Of a stretch of DNA of 64,000 nucleotides, positions 51,251 to 62,729 are shown piece after piece. Below the pieces are notes generated by a model that searched no databases, was not told where the DNA came from, and saw only the letters and a list, made by a program, of their open reading frames with translations. The translations under genes were made by a program, and so were the position numbers. Each line of letters starts with the position of its first letter. Within the stretch, counting starts at the first letter, position 1. The DNA is from Raillietiella orientalis (lineage: Eukaryota): positions 1,178,001 to 1,242,000 of the forward strand of contig JAYWIR010000044.1 of assembly GCA_036172245.1 (NCBI GenBank), written 5' to 3'.

Positions 51251-51325
51251 CTGCGTCGCAGAGCACGTGGTTGAGGATGTCCGCGCGTAGCACGAAGCAT
51301 CGCGGGTTCGAATCCCACCCGGAGA
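51251..51325 (+). other. tRNA-like / tRNA-SINE head (degenerate)
   Basis: A-box-like AGAGCACGTGGTT and B box GGTTCGAATCC at tRNA-like spacing. T-stem GCGGG/CCCAC. Acceptor and anticodon stems do not pair well, so not a functional tRNA. Confidence 0.55.
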
Positions 51326-51489
51326 AGGATGAATGCCGAGAGATGAGTGCGTCATGGTTTCAGCTCCCCCGGCGTGGCACAAAAGTCCTCGCACCTCAGC
51401 CTGCGGCAGCGTGGTACTCCACAAGAAAAGGCGTCCGAAAATCTCCGTGGGGCTGACCACCGGGATACCTAGAATTGTCGCGAGGCGAT

Positions 51490-51733
51490 GCCAAAATGGA
51501 CGGAGGGCAGCACAGACCGACCCCAGCGAAGCGGAGCTACAGGCATATGGGTAGCTCAAGCCTACAAGCCTGCACTCCGATATAAGATGAGCGGGCCACT
51601 CACTGGGAAGACCGGACGGGAGCTCAACGATGAGCTAGTTCGGATAGGCGTGCGCGAGGAGGACCTCCTTGCCATCATGCCCGCAGGAGGCATGGAATTT
51701 GTGAAGGCTCGGTGCCGGGACGCAGCTCCTTGA
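51490..51733 (+). mobile_element. ORF1 N-terminal relic of the Tx1-like family
   Basis: IWVAQAYKPALRY..GRELNDELVRIGVREEDLLAI, similar to the relics at 35400-35770 and ~38700. Confidence 0.35.
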
Positions 51734-52214
51734 AATGAAGTTTCAAGGTTCAAAGGCTCGCATTAAACCATGGTAGCCAATATTAGCGACCAAGAGACCA
51801 CGTGATGAATCTGAGAATCACAAAACGAGAATGAAAGATCGAGAAAACACGTTATTTACTCAACAGCAGCGTAGATACGAAAGGTGGGTATAGCGTAGTT
51901 ATGAAGGCAAGGCAGGATGACATTTTCTTGTCGAGAAGCACCCAGATAGATGAAGGCTTGTCCCGTAGTGAGCAGCATCATTCCTGGGATGATTTGCAGC
52001 ATACCGGGGATCACTTGAGGTTTTTTTGACCACCTCCTGACACGCGCTCTTTAAACTGAGTAAGCCTTCAAGAAGCGCCTAGAAGTATCGGCACGGATCG
52101 AATGCACAGAACGCTATGAGCAGAGTCTTCGACGCCCATTGTGCACCCACCCACCAAGAGCCGCGACCATCTAGTCAGCGAGGTCAAGGTCTTTAATAAT
52201 CAAGGAAGTGACTC

Positions 52215-52473
52215 AGTGAAAGTGGGGTCTGGTTGGTCGCCAAGAGACAAGACCATTAATGGGTTCCAGGCGTCTCCCGAACCTCGTCCTATTATTGTCC
52301 TCAGTGCTGCGTACCCTTGTGGGAGCTAAGCAGCCGGGGTAAAAATGAGAGCGGCCCTTTCTCATTCCCACCTCCAGAGTGCCAGACTCGGTGCGGGCAT
52401 AGAACCCGAATAACGAGGTACCCCTAGAATTCGGAATCTCCGACTCACAGGAAGAACAACAGAAGCAGGGCAT
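52215..52473 (-). mobile_element. THAP zinc-finger relic (P-element/Harbinger-type DNA transposon)
   Basis: ATG-initiated MPCFCCSSCES..GTSLFGF...FYPG...TRVRST..DPTF (~MPxxCxxxxC..SFFxFP..W..FxP..RVCSxHF..AVPT). Confidence 0.55.
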
Positions 52474-52589
52474 GGTAAGCCATCTATAACACAGCCAAAC
52501 ATGTATTAATGTCCACTCTGTGCCACTGACCAAGGTATCCCGTGTCCACGTTAACCACGAATGCATTACCAGCAATCTTGGAAAATCAG

Positions 52590-52705
52590 GCGAAGGTTAG
52601 ATAGAGTCAGGTTCGGTCATCTTAGGCTGGCATCTCAGGCCATTTTATGCCGGGTTGGGTTGAGGCAGGTTCTGTTAGGATAGGTCATGTTATGCTGAGT
52701 TGAGC
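52590..52705. repeat. Highly degenerate (AGGTT)n tract
   Basis: aggttagatag..aggttcggtc..gggttgggttgagg..ttaggatagg, with 5-nt periodicity. Confidence 0.5.
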
Positions 52706-52789
52706 AGGCAAAGGAAAAAGGGAAGCACCGGAGCGTTCGAGACCAATTACGTTTTTGCCTGTGGTGACCCTCAGTGAGTTCTCACGGAT

Positions 52790-52990
52790 GTGAGCCAAGC
52801 ACTTGAAACAGAAGATGTATTCTTAGCCAGCCGCATACTGGAGGTACCGATTTGCCCACTGCCAGTAATCCGAAACGGCAACAACCTTGGTTGCAGGTAG
52901 GAAAGACGTAGGGAACAATGGTAAAAATTCCCGTTCCAACATTTTGTTTGTACCACAGCTCTCAGAGTTTCCTTTTGCGATTTGTACGAA
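52790..52990 (-). mobile_element. hAT transposase N-terminal TTF-type zinc-finger relic
   Basis: YWQWANRYLQYAAG*EYIFCFKC (~WxxxxxWLxYSxxxDxxFCFxC). Confidence 0.45.
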
Positions 52991-53746
52991 GTGCTTGTGA
53001 CCTCACGATCAGGCGGTGAAGATGGTACAGAGGTGAGTCTATGACTTCTCTGGATTTTTTATTTGGTGCAGGAAATTGCGAATGGAATGAATATTCTTAG
53101 GTTCCATAGGTGCAGGGCTGGTCCTAAGGGTCCTAATTCTGTACTTGGAGTTTAGAGTAGCATCTCCTAGGAAATGTTGTTGGTATTGAAGGAAAATCAT
53201 GAAAGAAATGACATTCAATTTTGAAATGAAATGGCTTCTTGTTATTGGAGTACATGTTGTTTGTAGACAGAGGTGGGTGCATCGTCTCAGTTGAAACCTA
53301 TGCGAGACTTTGCGAATAAAGCAAGAAGCGGCAGCAACTGGACGTAAGCAACGAAAGTGAGATGGTTCCCGCCAGTCAGTGAGCTGAGAGTTATGTGATT
53401 CCAGCATCCAAATCAGGCTCTACTTTGGGATTCATTAGCAGAACAGAGGAAAAGGGAAAGCCGATAAAGAGTTTCTTACCCTGTGGGTTAATGGCTTAGA
53501 CAGAAGCCCTTACAAATGGCGCTGACCAGCGGATTCTCAAGATGGGATCTCGTCGAAATGATACACTGTGATTGCGGAGCGAAGCAGAAAAAAGGGAACG
53601 CTAACAAATTCCTCAGAAATACTCGATTTTTCCCTCTTCCGTATTGGGAATGTCAAGTAATCTTTGACGTTATAATTCTGGAAAGGTAAAATCCGTCCAT
53701 GGGAGGCGTGAAGTTTTTCAGGGGCCCCGAATACTTGACCGGAAAA

Positions 53747-53880
53747 AAATTTGAAAAACTGCGAGGGGAATGCAAGGACTTGGCGGAAGAGAGCTGAACT
53801 CAAGAGGCTGCTCTTGCACGGAACAAAAGGAAGGCATTGAGATACGGCCGCTGAGAATCTGACGATGCCGAATTTTCCAT
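53747..53880 (+). mobile_element. hAT transposase C-terminal-half relic
   Basis: KFEKLRGECKDLAEES*TQEAALARNKRKALRY (~FExxWxExxxxAxxxxxxEPxLPRxRKxPxRY). Confidence 0.45.
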
Positions 53881-54408
53881 GGCTCACGGGAGACGTGTTG
53901 CAAGAAACGATGACCCTTTCCCAATGACCAGGAAAAGTAGCTGCAGGCGGGTCGCTAGAAAGTGGCGCCAATGTTTTCCATTTTCCGTTCGCGTGAGGCG
54001 CTGTTGGTAATTTGGCTCATTTCTGATCGTTTGCAATCTTTGCATCAACTTCCAGTGGAGGCGTCTCTGGTGGCGACGACTCCATACGGTCGAATTCCAC
54101 ACCGTGCCTCCCGTGGGACCTCCGACGCGCGCAGCACTCAAACTTCGGTGGATTTTGAAGCTCCGCGCAAGAACGTCGCAATCTGTCGTTCACCCGAGGA
54201 TGGTGGAATGGAGACGACCGACTCGGGATGGATCTCAAAGCTTTTCCTTTTTTTGCTCTTCCTTCCAGGTCACCAAAGAAAGAGCTAATGGCCACTGAAT
54301 GCCAAAAGGATTTTCAGCTGCTTACGAGGGAGAGGCACATTTCACGCACGCCGCGTGATTTAATAGAAATACGTGTGCTCGATTTACAGGTATGTTTGAT
54401 TCCATGCA

Positions 54409-54530
54409 TACGGATGTGTGGTCGGATTGCTGCAGAGGCAGTTGAAGACCGATGTGTGGAAGGAGTTCGGAGGAATATCTGGTGAAGTGGAGGGGGCAGA
54501 ACCCATCACGGAGTGCACTTTCGTACAAGA
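54409..54530 (+). pseudogene. Chromodomain relic
   Basis: YGCVVGLLQRQ + EEYLVKWRG + PITECTF across frameshifts (~YxVExILxxR...EYLVKWxGY...xxTWEP). Confidence 0.55.
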
Positions 54531-54859
54531 TACAGCGCAGCCATGGGGAGCAGCTACAAAAGCAAACGCAACAACAGGGGTTGAGGAATTCTTTGGAAAA
54601 ACTGAGGAATTTGCGGATCGAACCAATCAGCAAGTGATCGTCTGTAATGACAAAACCGGTAGGTGATACGTTCGTTACCTCTGCAGTGGGAAGTGAAGGG
54701 GGCGACTTCCTTTTGCAAGTCGACTGTGACAGCTCCTGGACTCCTGGCGTTTCCTTATTGAAATAACCTCCTGTCCCTTCAGCCAGCTAGGGACGCTGTG
54801 ACATCCTTCTCCTTACGCGACGCACTTCGGCCGGCAGCCTCTCTAGCAGCTCTCTCCTG

Positions 54860-55947
54860 CCTACGCAAGAACCAGTTGAAATAGGCCAACCAGCGTCATC
54901 TTGCAGGGAAGGAGACTCAAAATCCACGATGCACCTTCATCATCAGCGTCCCGCCATGCGAACGGAAGTTCCTGGCTGCAGGAAACTGTTCGTGCATGTG
55001 CAAACCACAACGAGCAATGCTCGGAACAGACACAGCGTCTGCTGAACTGTTCTTGCAACTACTCGCTCAGGGAGATCCTGGAATACCCTTTGAAGAGTGA
55101 GTGGTCTGGGTTATCACTTTCTCTCGCTGAGGCGCTGCCCTCCCTAAGGGAACACATGGGCGGCAGCCTGAAGGCTAGACGGGAGGTCTCCATGGAAATC
55201 TCTGGAAGGAGAAAAAGACTGGGCGAGTGGACCAAGAACCAGCTAACCAACGCTGCACTTCCTAGTGTCCCCACCCCCTGAGCTGGGGCGAGCTACTGGG
55301 TGGAAAATCTGCAGCGACCTCCGATGCTTTTGGACAGACTCACCCTCCCATTGAAGTGGTAGGAGTCCGCATTAATTCTGCAGCACTGGGGTCTTCTGTG
55401 CAACGCCCACCGGCATCATTGGATACGGAGGGACAGGGTGAGCCCCAATTGTGTCAGGTACGAAGAATGTAAATCCGTCCACCTGCTTGTGGATTGTGTT
55501 TCCTTCTGGACCCTTCGGGAACGCTTTGCTGCGACCCTAGGAACCCTCGGAAACAACTTCAGGGACGTTTTATGACCCCTCCTCCTACGCGACTCACTTA
55601 GACCGGCAGCCTCGCTATCCACTTCGTTGTCTGCTTCCTGAGGATGGCAACAAGATGGACTCACCTTTAAAAACAACATCCACCAAGAGCTTGCTGGCAT
55701 CCTCCAAAGGATGCAGAGAACCGCCTCCAGCAGGGCGTGATCCGTTCCCCTTTCGCTTCCCAAATTTATTTATTTATTTTTCTTTTTGTTTTTCTTTCTT
55801 TTTTGCTTGCCCCTTCCCCTTTGCTGCCGTCGTGGACCTCACCGGTCTGCATGCCGATAACACGACAGGTCTGTTCTAAGAAGGACGTGGTTGGACCACG
55901 GGTCCGAACACAGAGAACGTGAATGTTTACTTTTATATGAAATAAAT
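54860..55947 (+). mobile_element. Tx1-like LINE 3' end (copy A)
   Basis: SLREILEYP, WGELLG, LPLKW*..LQHWGLLCNAHRHHW..VSPNCVRYEECKSVHLLVDCV, ending ELAGILQRMQRTASSRA* (55738-55740). T-rich 3' UTR with AATAAA at 55941. Confidence 0.8.
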
Positions 55948-55949
55948 GC

Positions 55950-56520
55950 ACCGGACCACCCGGATGATAATCCACCCAGCTAGGAACCCACGATTCCTGA
56001 GGGCGATGCACCCCTGGCAACTGGAGCCATTTGCCGACCAGGAGCAGGTTCCCTTCCACGTTCGGGAAACAGCGCACGACAGTTCCGGTCGGGTGAACGT
56101 TTTCCGCAAACCGCCCTAGGCGTTCGTCCCCTAGGCGTGTCTCAAGCAGCTTTGCGTCCGCACTGCTCACAGTGATGAAATGCCGGCTGCTGATCTCTCG
56201 CAGGTGTCCTCCCTTGGGAAGAGGACGCACTCTCGTTGACCGAAACGAGACAGACACCGCGCCTGTTTCGCGAATCAGCATTGCCAGCAGCCGATGTACC
56301 AGCAGAGTCGGCTCTGTCGCAAAGCATTGGTGACATTCCGCCTCAGGCCTTCCTCTTGAGCTTTCCGGAGACCGTGACGATCTGCAAAATCGAAAAGGAC
56401 TCGTCGCGGCTTCACCGCTCTTCTTTCCCTAGCGGTAAAGAGCCCTCAGGCAACAAACACCGTTAGAAGTTGCGTTCCAGAGGTGCCCTCAAGCAAAGGC
56501 CGTGGTGATATTTTCACTTG
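55950..56520 (-). mobile_element. L1/Tx1-like RT N-terminal relic (F)
   Basis: SRDESFSILQIVTVSGKLKRKA, then LIRETGAVSVSFRSTRVRPLPKGGHLREISSRHFITVSSADAKLL..RLGRFAENVHPT (~LLPKxGDL..NWRPIT..DxKLLA..RL..IHPxQ). Confidence 0.75.
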
Positions 56521-56559
56521 GTCATGTCGGAGCGTTTTACTGTAAAAAGATGCATTCTT

Positions 56560-56860
56560 TATCAATAAATCTTCCAGTCTTCCTGTGATGGCAGTACAAC
56601 GCCGATGCTTTGGGATGTTCTGGAGGAGTTCCTTGCTTGGAGGCAGTCGTCAGAAGAGGTCAAAGCAGGGAAATTAGGGGGAAGAGGAATAAACAAATAA
56701 ATAAGCTAATATTAGACAGAAAGCAAAGGTAAAATATTTTTGGAGGGTGGGGTAAGGATCACAAACTGTGACCTGGTGCCCCCTGCATCCTCTGCAGAAT
56801 TCCTGCAAATTCCTCCTGGCTATGCATGGGTTGCCAGAAAACCCTCTAGTTCCGTATTCG
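56560..56860 (-). mobile_element. Tx1-like LINE extreme 3' end (copy D)
   Basis: EEFAGILQRMQGAPGHSL* (stop 56759-56761) followed by TCCTTACCCCACCCTCC and a T-rich UTR, as in copies A-C. Confidence 0.7.
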
Positions 56861-56899
56861 ATCGCCGAAGCGACGTCGGCCGGAAAATCAGAAGATGCG

Positions 56900-58050
56900 G
56901 TGTCCTCCTCGAACGCATGGCCAACCTGGAGAGGGACAACGGCTGGATAGTCAGTCTTCTGACCCACCAACTCCCGAGCCTGGCTAGAGAAAACGGTGGC
57001 ACTTGGGCGAAGTGGAGCGAGCCCAGCTCAGAAGTTTGGAGCAGCCTGCGACTCGGCAACCACCCCCGCTGCTCCCTCGCTACGGAAAATTCTGGAGTGT
57101 CCCAGCATGAGCACATGGGCGGAGACGGCCCCCCTTGCGACAGTGATGCCTTTCCAAAGGTCACTTGGCAGCAGCCAGACGTCGAGGTGCAAGTCTCCTG
57201 CGAGATAGAGGGAAAACACAAGTTGATGAGCGGAGGCACCACGGGGCAGCTGGCGAATGCTGCGAACCCAAGTGCCGCCCTCCCACGAGGACTTGAACGC
57301 TGGGGCGAGCTGCTCGGTATTCTTAGCGAAAACCTAGAGTGACTCCCAGTGCTCAAGAACAGCAGCGTCCTCTCCTTGAAGTAAAAACACTTCTGCTGTT
57401 GCACTGGGGTCTTCCCCGCCACGCACGCCGACACCACTGGACGCTGGGGAGGATGAGCCCAAATTGCCTCAGATACAGGGAATGGAAGTCCTTGCCCGTA
57501 CCTGCTCGTGGACTGTGTTGCCCTCCGGCCCCTATGGGGAATGTTTCAGAACGACCCTCCGTATCCTGGATGGCCCCTCACCCGAGGGACGCTTTGCCAC
57601 TCCCCTTTGTGTGGGACGCCTTGCAGACCGCCGCAGCCGCAGCAGAGTTTTGCTGCATCTGCGGCATTGCGGCGTCCTGCAGCGAAGTCGACAGAAGAAG
57701 AAACGAGAGGGACGCCGCCATCCAACTTGCAGCCCTTCTCCGAAATTTTTTCAGGCTGCCTTTCTGCAAATAGCGGCCAGACGGCCCCACCTAGAACCCA
57801 TGCGAACGGACCTAGCCGGCAGCCTGGAAAGGATGCAGACTTCGTCCAGTGAACAGTGATTCCTTCCCGACCCTTCCGAAGATTTTTATGAGCTTTCATT
57901 TATTCATTTTATTTCTACTTTTCTTTTTGTATTCTCTCATCCCCCTCCGCTGCCGAGGTTTGCGCACCGGCGACCCGACAAGTCCATGGACAAACGGAGT
58001 GTGGTAGGAGCACGTGTTCTACCACAACATATGAGTTTATTTTAAATTTC
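56900..58050 (+). mobile_element. Tx1-like LINE 3' end (copy B)
   Basis: SLRKILECP, PRGLERWGELLGI, LLLLHWGLPRHARRHHW..MSPNCLRY, LVDCVALRPLW, ending DLAGSLERMQTSSSEQ* (57857-57859). UTR begins TGATTCCTTCCCGA, as in copy C. Confidence 0.8.
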
Positions 58051-58059
58051 AAGGTGCGC

Positions 58060-58800
58060 TCAGAAGGGCGCGGTCTCGCCTGGAGCCGCCGTGGGTACCC
58101 GGATCTTGGTGATGCTAACGAACACTCCAATGAGACTCTGGAGGTCTGGTGCGGGAAGGATTCGGCGCGAATGGCCTTCGGGTATCATCCGGTCCATCTT
58201 AAGTTTCCGGACGATGGATGCTGGGTGTTGCGAATGGGTAAATCGGGTTTTCGGGATCGAAGATCCGAAACGGCGCTTCGGCAGATCCCGAGCGCATGCG
58301 CTGCTGGAAAAAGCCGCAGGTCTCCTGTTAAATTGAGCGTGGCAGGATCGCGCGTCCTACAGCAACCGTTGTAGGTTTATTGTCGATTTTAACAGCGGCC
58401 CCAGCGTGACCAGGGTGGAAACTCAGAAACCAGCGACGAAGCGATCTGAATGTCTGTGAACTTCCAGGCCGAAAGCTTCGAGGCATGCCAGTCTTCGAGC
58501 TGCTAGAGCTTTGGAGATTCACGACAAAAGGGTCGAGTTCTACAATCTCTCGCATAATTCGCAGGCAACGGTATTTACATCATTATGTAAAGAGGGAGCA
58601 GTTTTCCTCGACCAGCAAGATGAGTCATTCCATCGCTTTCTCATCTCTTCCCTCGACCGGAAGGACGCGCTGGTGCTCCTTGATGCACAGCCATGCAGTC
58701 CTTGGGAGCTCCGCTAGAAACGACATGCCAGGGCAGAGACTCCGAAACACCTCACGCAAGGACCAGATGCTGGAGCATTTTGGCATCCTCCTGACGTTTT
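58060..58800 (+). mobile_element. L1/Tx1-like RT N-terminal relic (E)
   Basis: LRMGKSG (~GKSPG), KLRNQRRSDLNV (~LRNWRPISLLNV), GAVFLDQ..HRFLISSL (~LDQEKAFDRVxHxFL). Confidence 0.6.
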
Positions 58801-58879
58801 CCGTCTGGTTTTGAAGGATCTTAACATCCCATAGACACTGCATCTTTTCCTGAGCCTTGGAATCTCAAGCATTATTCTT

Positions 58880-59350
58880 GAAATGAACGACGAATGTTCT
58901 TGTTGACTAAGAGGACTTGCTCCGCCGAGGAGTACAGCTCCACTTGTCTTTATTTGCATCCCCTCCTTTGCTAACACTCTTCTAAGGCTACGGGAAGCTT
59001 CTAAAGGCACGGGAAACATTCGAAATGACAACTCGTTCTTCTCTTCTCACATCAAGGCGGTTACGGACTGGTTTTGCAAGTGACCAGCTCACATTCCTTA
59101 TGAGTGGTCTTTTGTTCACGTCTTTTGTACATACCATCTCGTCCTAGTGAGATTAGGGTCTGGTTGCAGGTGCAGCAGTTCAGGATGCGTGCGAGGTATT
59201 CCTTCGGTTCCGTGCACTTTGGATACGGATACTCTTTATTCTGCTCTGTTCCTGGTAAGAACAGCTCGGAAGGGTCGAGCTGCACCGCATTAGCGAACCT
59301 TTCGTGCTCTCTGTGAAGTGTCCTGCTGTGCACAGCAGCCTCACGCAAGC
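58880..59350 (-). mobile_element. R2/NeSL/Utopia-like C-terminal CCHC + restriction-like endonuclease relic
   Basis: RFANAVQLD (~FxxxARLN), YPKCTEPKEYLARILNCC (~CxxCxxxxETLAHILNxC), RLDV..VVISNVSRAF (~PDLV..IxDVxxPFE), LRRVLAKEG...AVLLG. Confidence 0.55.
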
Positions 59351-60469
59351 TACACTTTTCTTTGGTTGGAGTACTCGTTTATCATAGGGAGAGAGAGAGA
59401 GTCTGCGTTGAAGGATGCGAGGTTCGGCGCGATCTTCTTTCGCATGCTCGGTCGGAAGAGGTTACCTCCGTAGTTATCCCAGACTCTATATTGATGAACT
59501 TCAGGTCATCTTCACTGTTCTGTTGTCTGCCTTCTAGTCCAGAGGCTCTAGATATCAATGAGCGTGACCTCAACAGCCGAGGAGATTTAAAACAGAGAAG
59601 ACTTTCCTGCAAAACCAAAAAGACAATTCTCGCTTCTCTTGTAATATTTGCTTTCCATAACAGGGCAACTATCTAAGGACTTTTTAGAACACACATATTT
59701 TGATGACTATTCAAAGGTTAGTTCGAGCACACAAATCAAACTGCTTAACGAACGCTCCAAAATAACTGAAAATGTTTGCTGCCACCATCACTCAAGGAGA
59801 AAAAAATCCTGGGTACCAAGGCAGACCAAAAACGATAACAACTGAGCGCTTCTCAAAAGAAATAAATAATGAAGAAAATCGAGAATTTGGAGAGAGGCAC
59901 TGTACAAAGGACCTTAGTTGCTCAAATGGTAACTGTTACGTGAGAATGCTCCCTGATGGATGTCAGCGGCTTCGGGCTCATAAATGTCCTTCTCGAAAAT
60001 TCTGAAACTTCTAGCTAGCAATGTGATGGCACGCACATGGAATATCTCTCTATTGATTTCATGAATCTTCAGGTCTCTCATCCTCACCCTTTCTCTTCGT
60101 ACGTTTGCACATTTGGGGACGATTCTGCTAGAAGGTAGAAAGTTCAGGGCTTTGCTGTGGAATCGAACCGTAAGTGAACCTTTCGATTGATATCAGTTTC
60201 TGAAGGTGAAGCTCGTCCAAAACGACTGTGGATCTCCCAAGCAACGAACCTGAGGGATCAATTTCTTTATTTCCTCCTTGTAAGAAACAGCCTCCATTCT
60301 TATGAACTCCCGCGACTGGGTCACTGAGTCTAGTCACTATTGTCAGTACTCACCATGCTCTACTATCAGGAACAGTGGAAGAGAACTAACCAATCATGAT
60401 TACCATGATCGATCGTCGACCATATCGATCATGATTATCATCCATCATCATCTCACGATAGCTGGCGTC

Positions 60470-60900
60470 TCCTCTTCCACGTGGATCTCGTGGAGGGAAG
60501 GGTTGCTGGCTGCTGTGGGCAACAAGGCGGTTGCCATGGAAGTCAGGATTCCCTAAGAAGTCGGAAACTGGCATCATCCACCGGGAGCGATCATGCTTTT
60601 GATGCTCATTCCTTCTGCATCTCGTCTGGAAGTAAAGGAGAGGGAGGAAAAAAAAGGTGGAATCCTCACGCGAATGCATGGCACCGAAAACAAACTTTGC
60701 TCATCGTAGTGTTTCACCGCAAATGGAATAACTTCCTGCGAAATTTCGCGTCCGGCAGGATGAACTGTTCTCTCGGACCGCTCAACCCGTGCCAGGCGGC
60801 AAAGGAACGGTGCAACACAGCTCAGATAGATCGAGAAAACAGACGCGTTTGGGAGCACCTGAGTATACACTCTATGAATACGGTGATGGGGCTCAGAGGA
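60470..60900 (+). mobile_element. LINE APE C-terminus / linker relic (I/R1-like)
   Basis: DLV...GSDH, RWNPHANAW (~WNxxKANW), NRRVWEHL..MN. Confidence 0.35.
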
Positions 60901-61174
60901 GCTGAAAGAAGGAACAAGGGGGCTTCACAGATGCAGAAACCTTCTTTTCGAAATGACCTGAATTGGGGGAAAGCGAGGAGGAAAACTTCCCATGGCACAG
61001 ACACCTCCCATTGGAAGGAAAAAACGAAAATCATCTGCATTCAGATCAAATATGCCCATTTGGAATTCCAGCTAGCTGGGATGATAAGTGTTTCATCGTT
61101 GTCCATGGTGACAGTAACGATTATGATTGCCTTAGTACGGATCGGGCTACTTAAAACCGGCCCGCCTCAAGTAC

Positions 61175-62057
61175 GGCTTTTCGCCGTGCCGTCCGCTGCT
61201 CGACCAGCATGGAGCCCAACGGGGCGACCTAAGAATACGCGGCGAGCGGCTTGGAAGCGTCCCACCTCCAGTGGGGCTTTCCGCCGTGACTCCCGCGTGC
61301 TCGACCAGCACGGAGCCCAACAGGGCGACCTAAGAATACGCGGCGAGCGGCTTGGAAGCGTCCCACCTCCTGTGGGGCTTTTCGCCGTGCCGTCCGCGTG
61401 CTCGACCAGCATGGAGCCCAACGGGGCGACCTAAGAATACGCGGCCAGCGGCTTGGAAGCGTCCCACCTCCAGTGGGGCTCCGCCGTGCCGTCCGCGCTT
61501 GACCAGCATGGAGCCCAACGGGGCGACCTAAGAATACGCGGCGAGCGGCTTGGAAGCGTCCCACCTCCAGTGGGGCTCTCCGCCGTGCCGTCCGCGTGCT
61601 CGACCAGCATGGAGCCCAACGGGGCGACCTAAGAATACGCGGCGAGCGATTTGGAAGCGTCCCACCTCCTGTGGGGCTTTTCGCCGTGCCGTCCGCGTGC
61701 TCGACCAGCATGGAGCCCAACGGGGCGACCTAAGAATACGCGGCGAGCGGCTTGGAAGCGTCCCACCTCCAGTGGGGCTCTCCGCCGTGCCGTCCGCGTG
61801 CTCGACCAGCATGGAGCCCAACGGGGCGACCTAAGAATACGCGGCGAGCGGCTTGGAAGCGTCCCACCTCCAGTGGGGCTCTCCGCCGTGCCGTCCGCGT
61901 GCTCGACCAGCATGGAGCCCAACGGGGCGACCTAAGAATACGCGGCGAGCGGCTTGGAAGCGTCCCACCTCCAGTGGGGCTTTCCGCCGTGACGTCCGCG
62001 TGCTCGAACAGCATGGAGCCCAACGGGGCGACCTAAGAATACGCGGCGAGCGATTTG
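61175..62057. repeat. GC-rich tandem array, ~101-bp unit, ~8.7 copies
   Basis: Unit CGCCGTGCCGTCCGCGTGCTCGACCAGCATGGAGCCCAACGGGGCGACCTAAGAATACGCGGCGAGCGGCTTGGAAGCGTCCCACCTCCAGTGGGGCTYTC, starting at ~61182, 61282, 61383, 61482, 61581, 61682, 61783, 61884 and 61985. Only a few differences per copy. Confidence 0.98.
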
Positions 62058-62084
62058 AAATCGGAGCGCCAGAGTTTTCGAGGA

Positions 62085-62190
62085 ACAAGGTGCAATGTAT
62101 AAATTGTGGAAAGGGAAGAGAGCAAACCACTTTAGTAGACTGGAAACCACTTTAGTAGAAACCAGTTCAGTAAGCGCTTGTATAACGAGG
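62085..62190 (+). mobile_element. Possible LTR-retrotransposon gag knuckle / protease relic
   Basis: KVQCINCGKG (partial CCHC) followed by TTLVD / TLVETSSVSACI (~LVDTGSxxSxI), with a local duplication of AAACCACTTTAGTAGA. Confidence 0.35.
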
Positions 62191-62694
62191 GGAATGCGTT
62201 CCGCTTTATCCGAGCCCTGTGGACAATATGATAGTATTTATGAAAGATGTGAAGAGAATCTTGAACGTTGTATCGGTCAAAAAAAAATTTTATAAAAGTG
62301 AAATTCTAATGAAAAATAACAAAACTTTAAATTATCATGTTTTTCTATGCTTTTTTTTTTTTTAAAAAAAAAAAAAGAAAAACATCTCAGCTGCTTCATA
62401 CCACAAAACAATTTTATCCACAGAGTTGTGTGAGGCGGTTTTGCCGCATTACGAGGAGGCTGCTTTCGAGCCACGAGAGCTGGTTTCCGCCAATTGGTCC
62501 GTGTGTGATAGAACCTGGATTGCATAGGAAAAGTTTTTTTTTTTTGGAATTAGGGTTTTCTTCCCTCAGCCATCTTCATCCGAGAACTGACTTTAGCCGC
62601 TTCGACGCCACGCTCTAACGAAGGAGTCGGGTCAGCCGGGGAACAGAACGACGGTGCTGTGACGAGCTCCCCCTTTGCCCCTTGCATGATCCCG

Positions 62695-62729
62695 GCGAAA
62701 TCAGCTCCGGGATACGGAGCTGATTTCGC
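62695..62729. other. Perfect 15-bp hairpin
   Basis: GCGAAATCAGCTCCG-ggata-CGGAGCTGATTTCGC. Confidence 0.9.

Noticed and set aside
61175..62057. CRISPR array or coding repeat (including the 317-aa ORF 60481-61434)
   Set aside because: There are no unique spacers, the 101-bp unit shifts frame each copy, and no cas genes are present.
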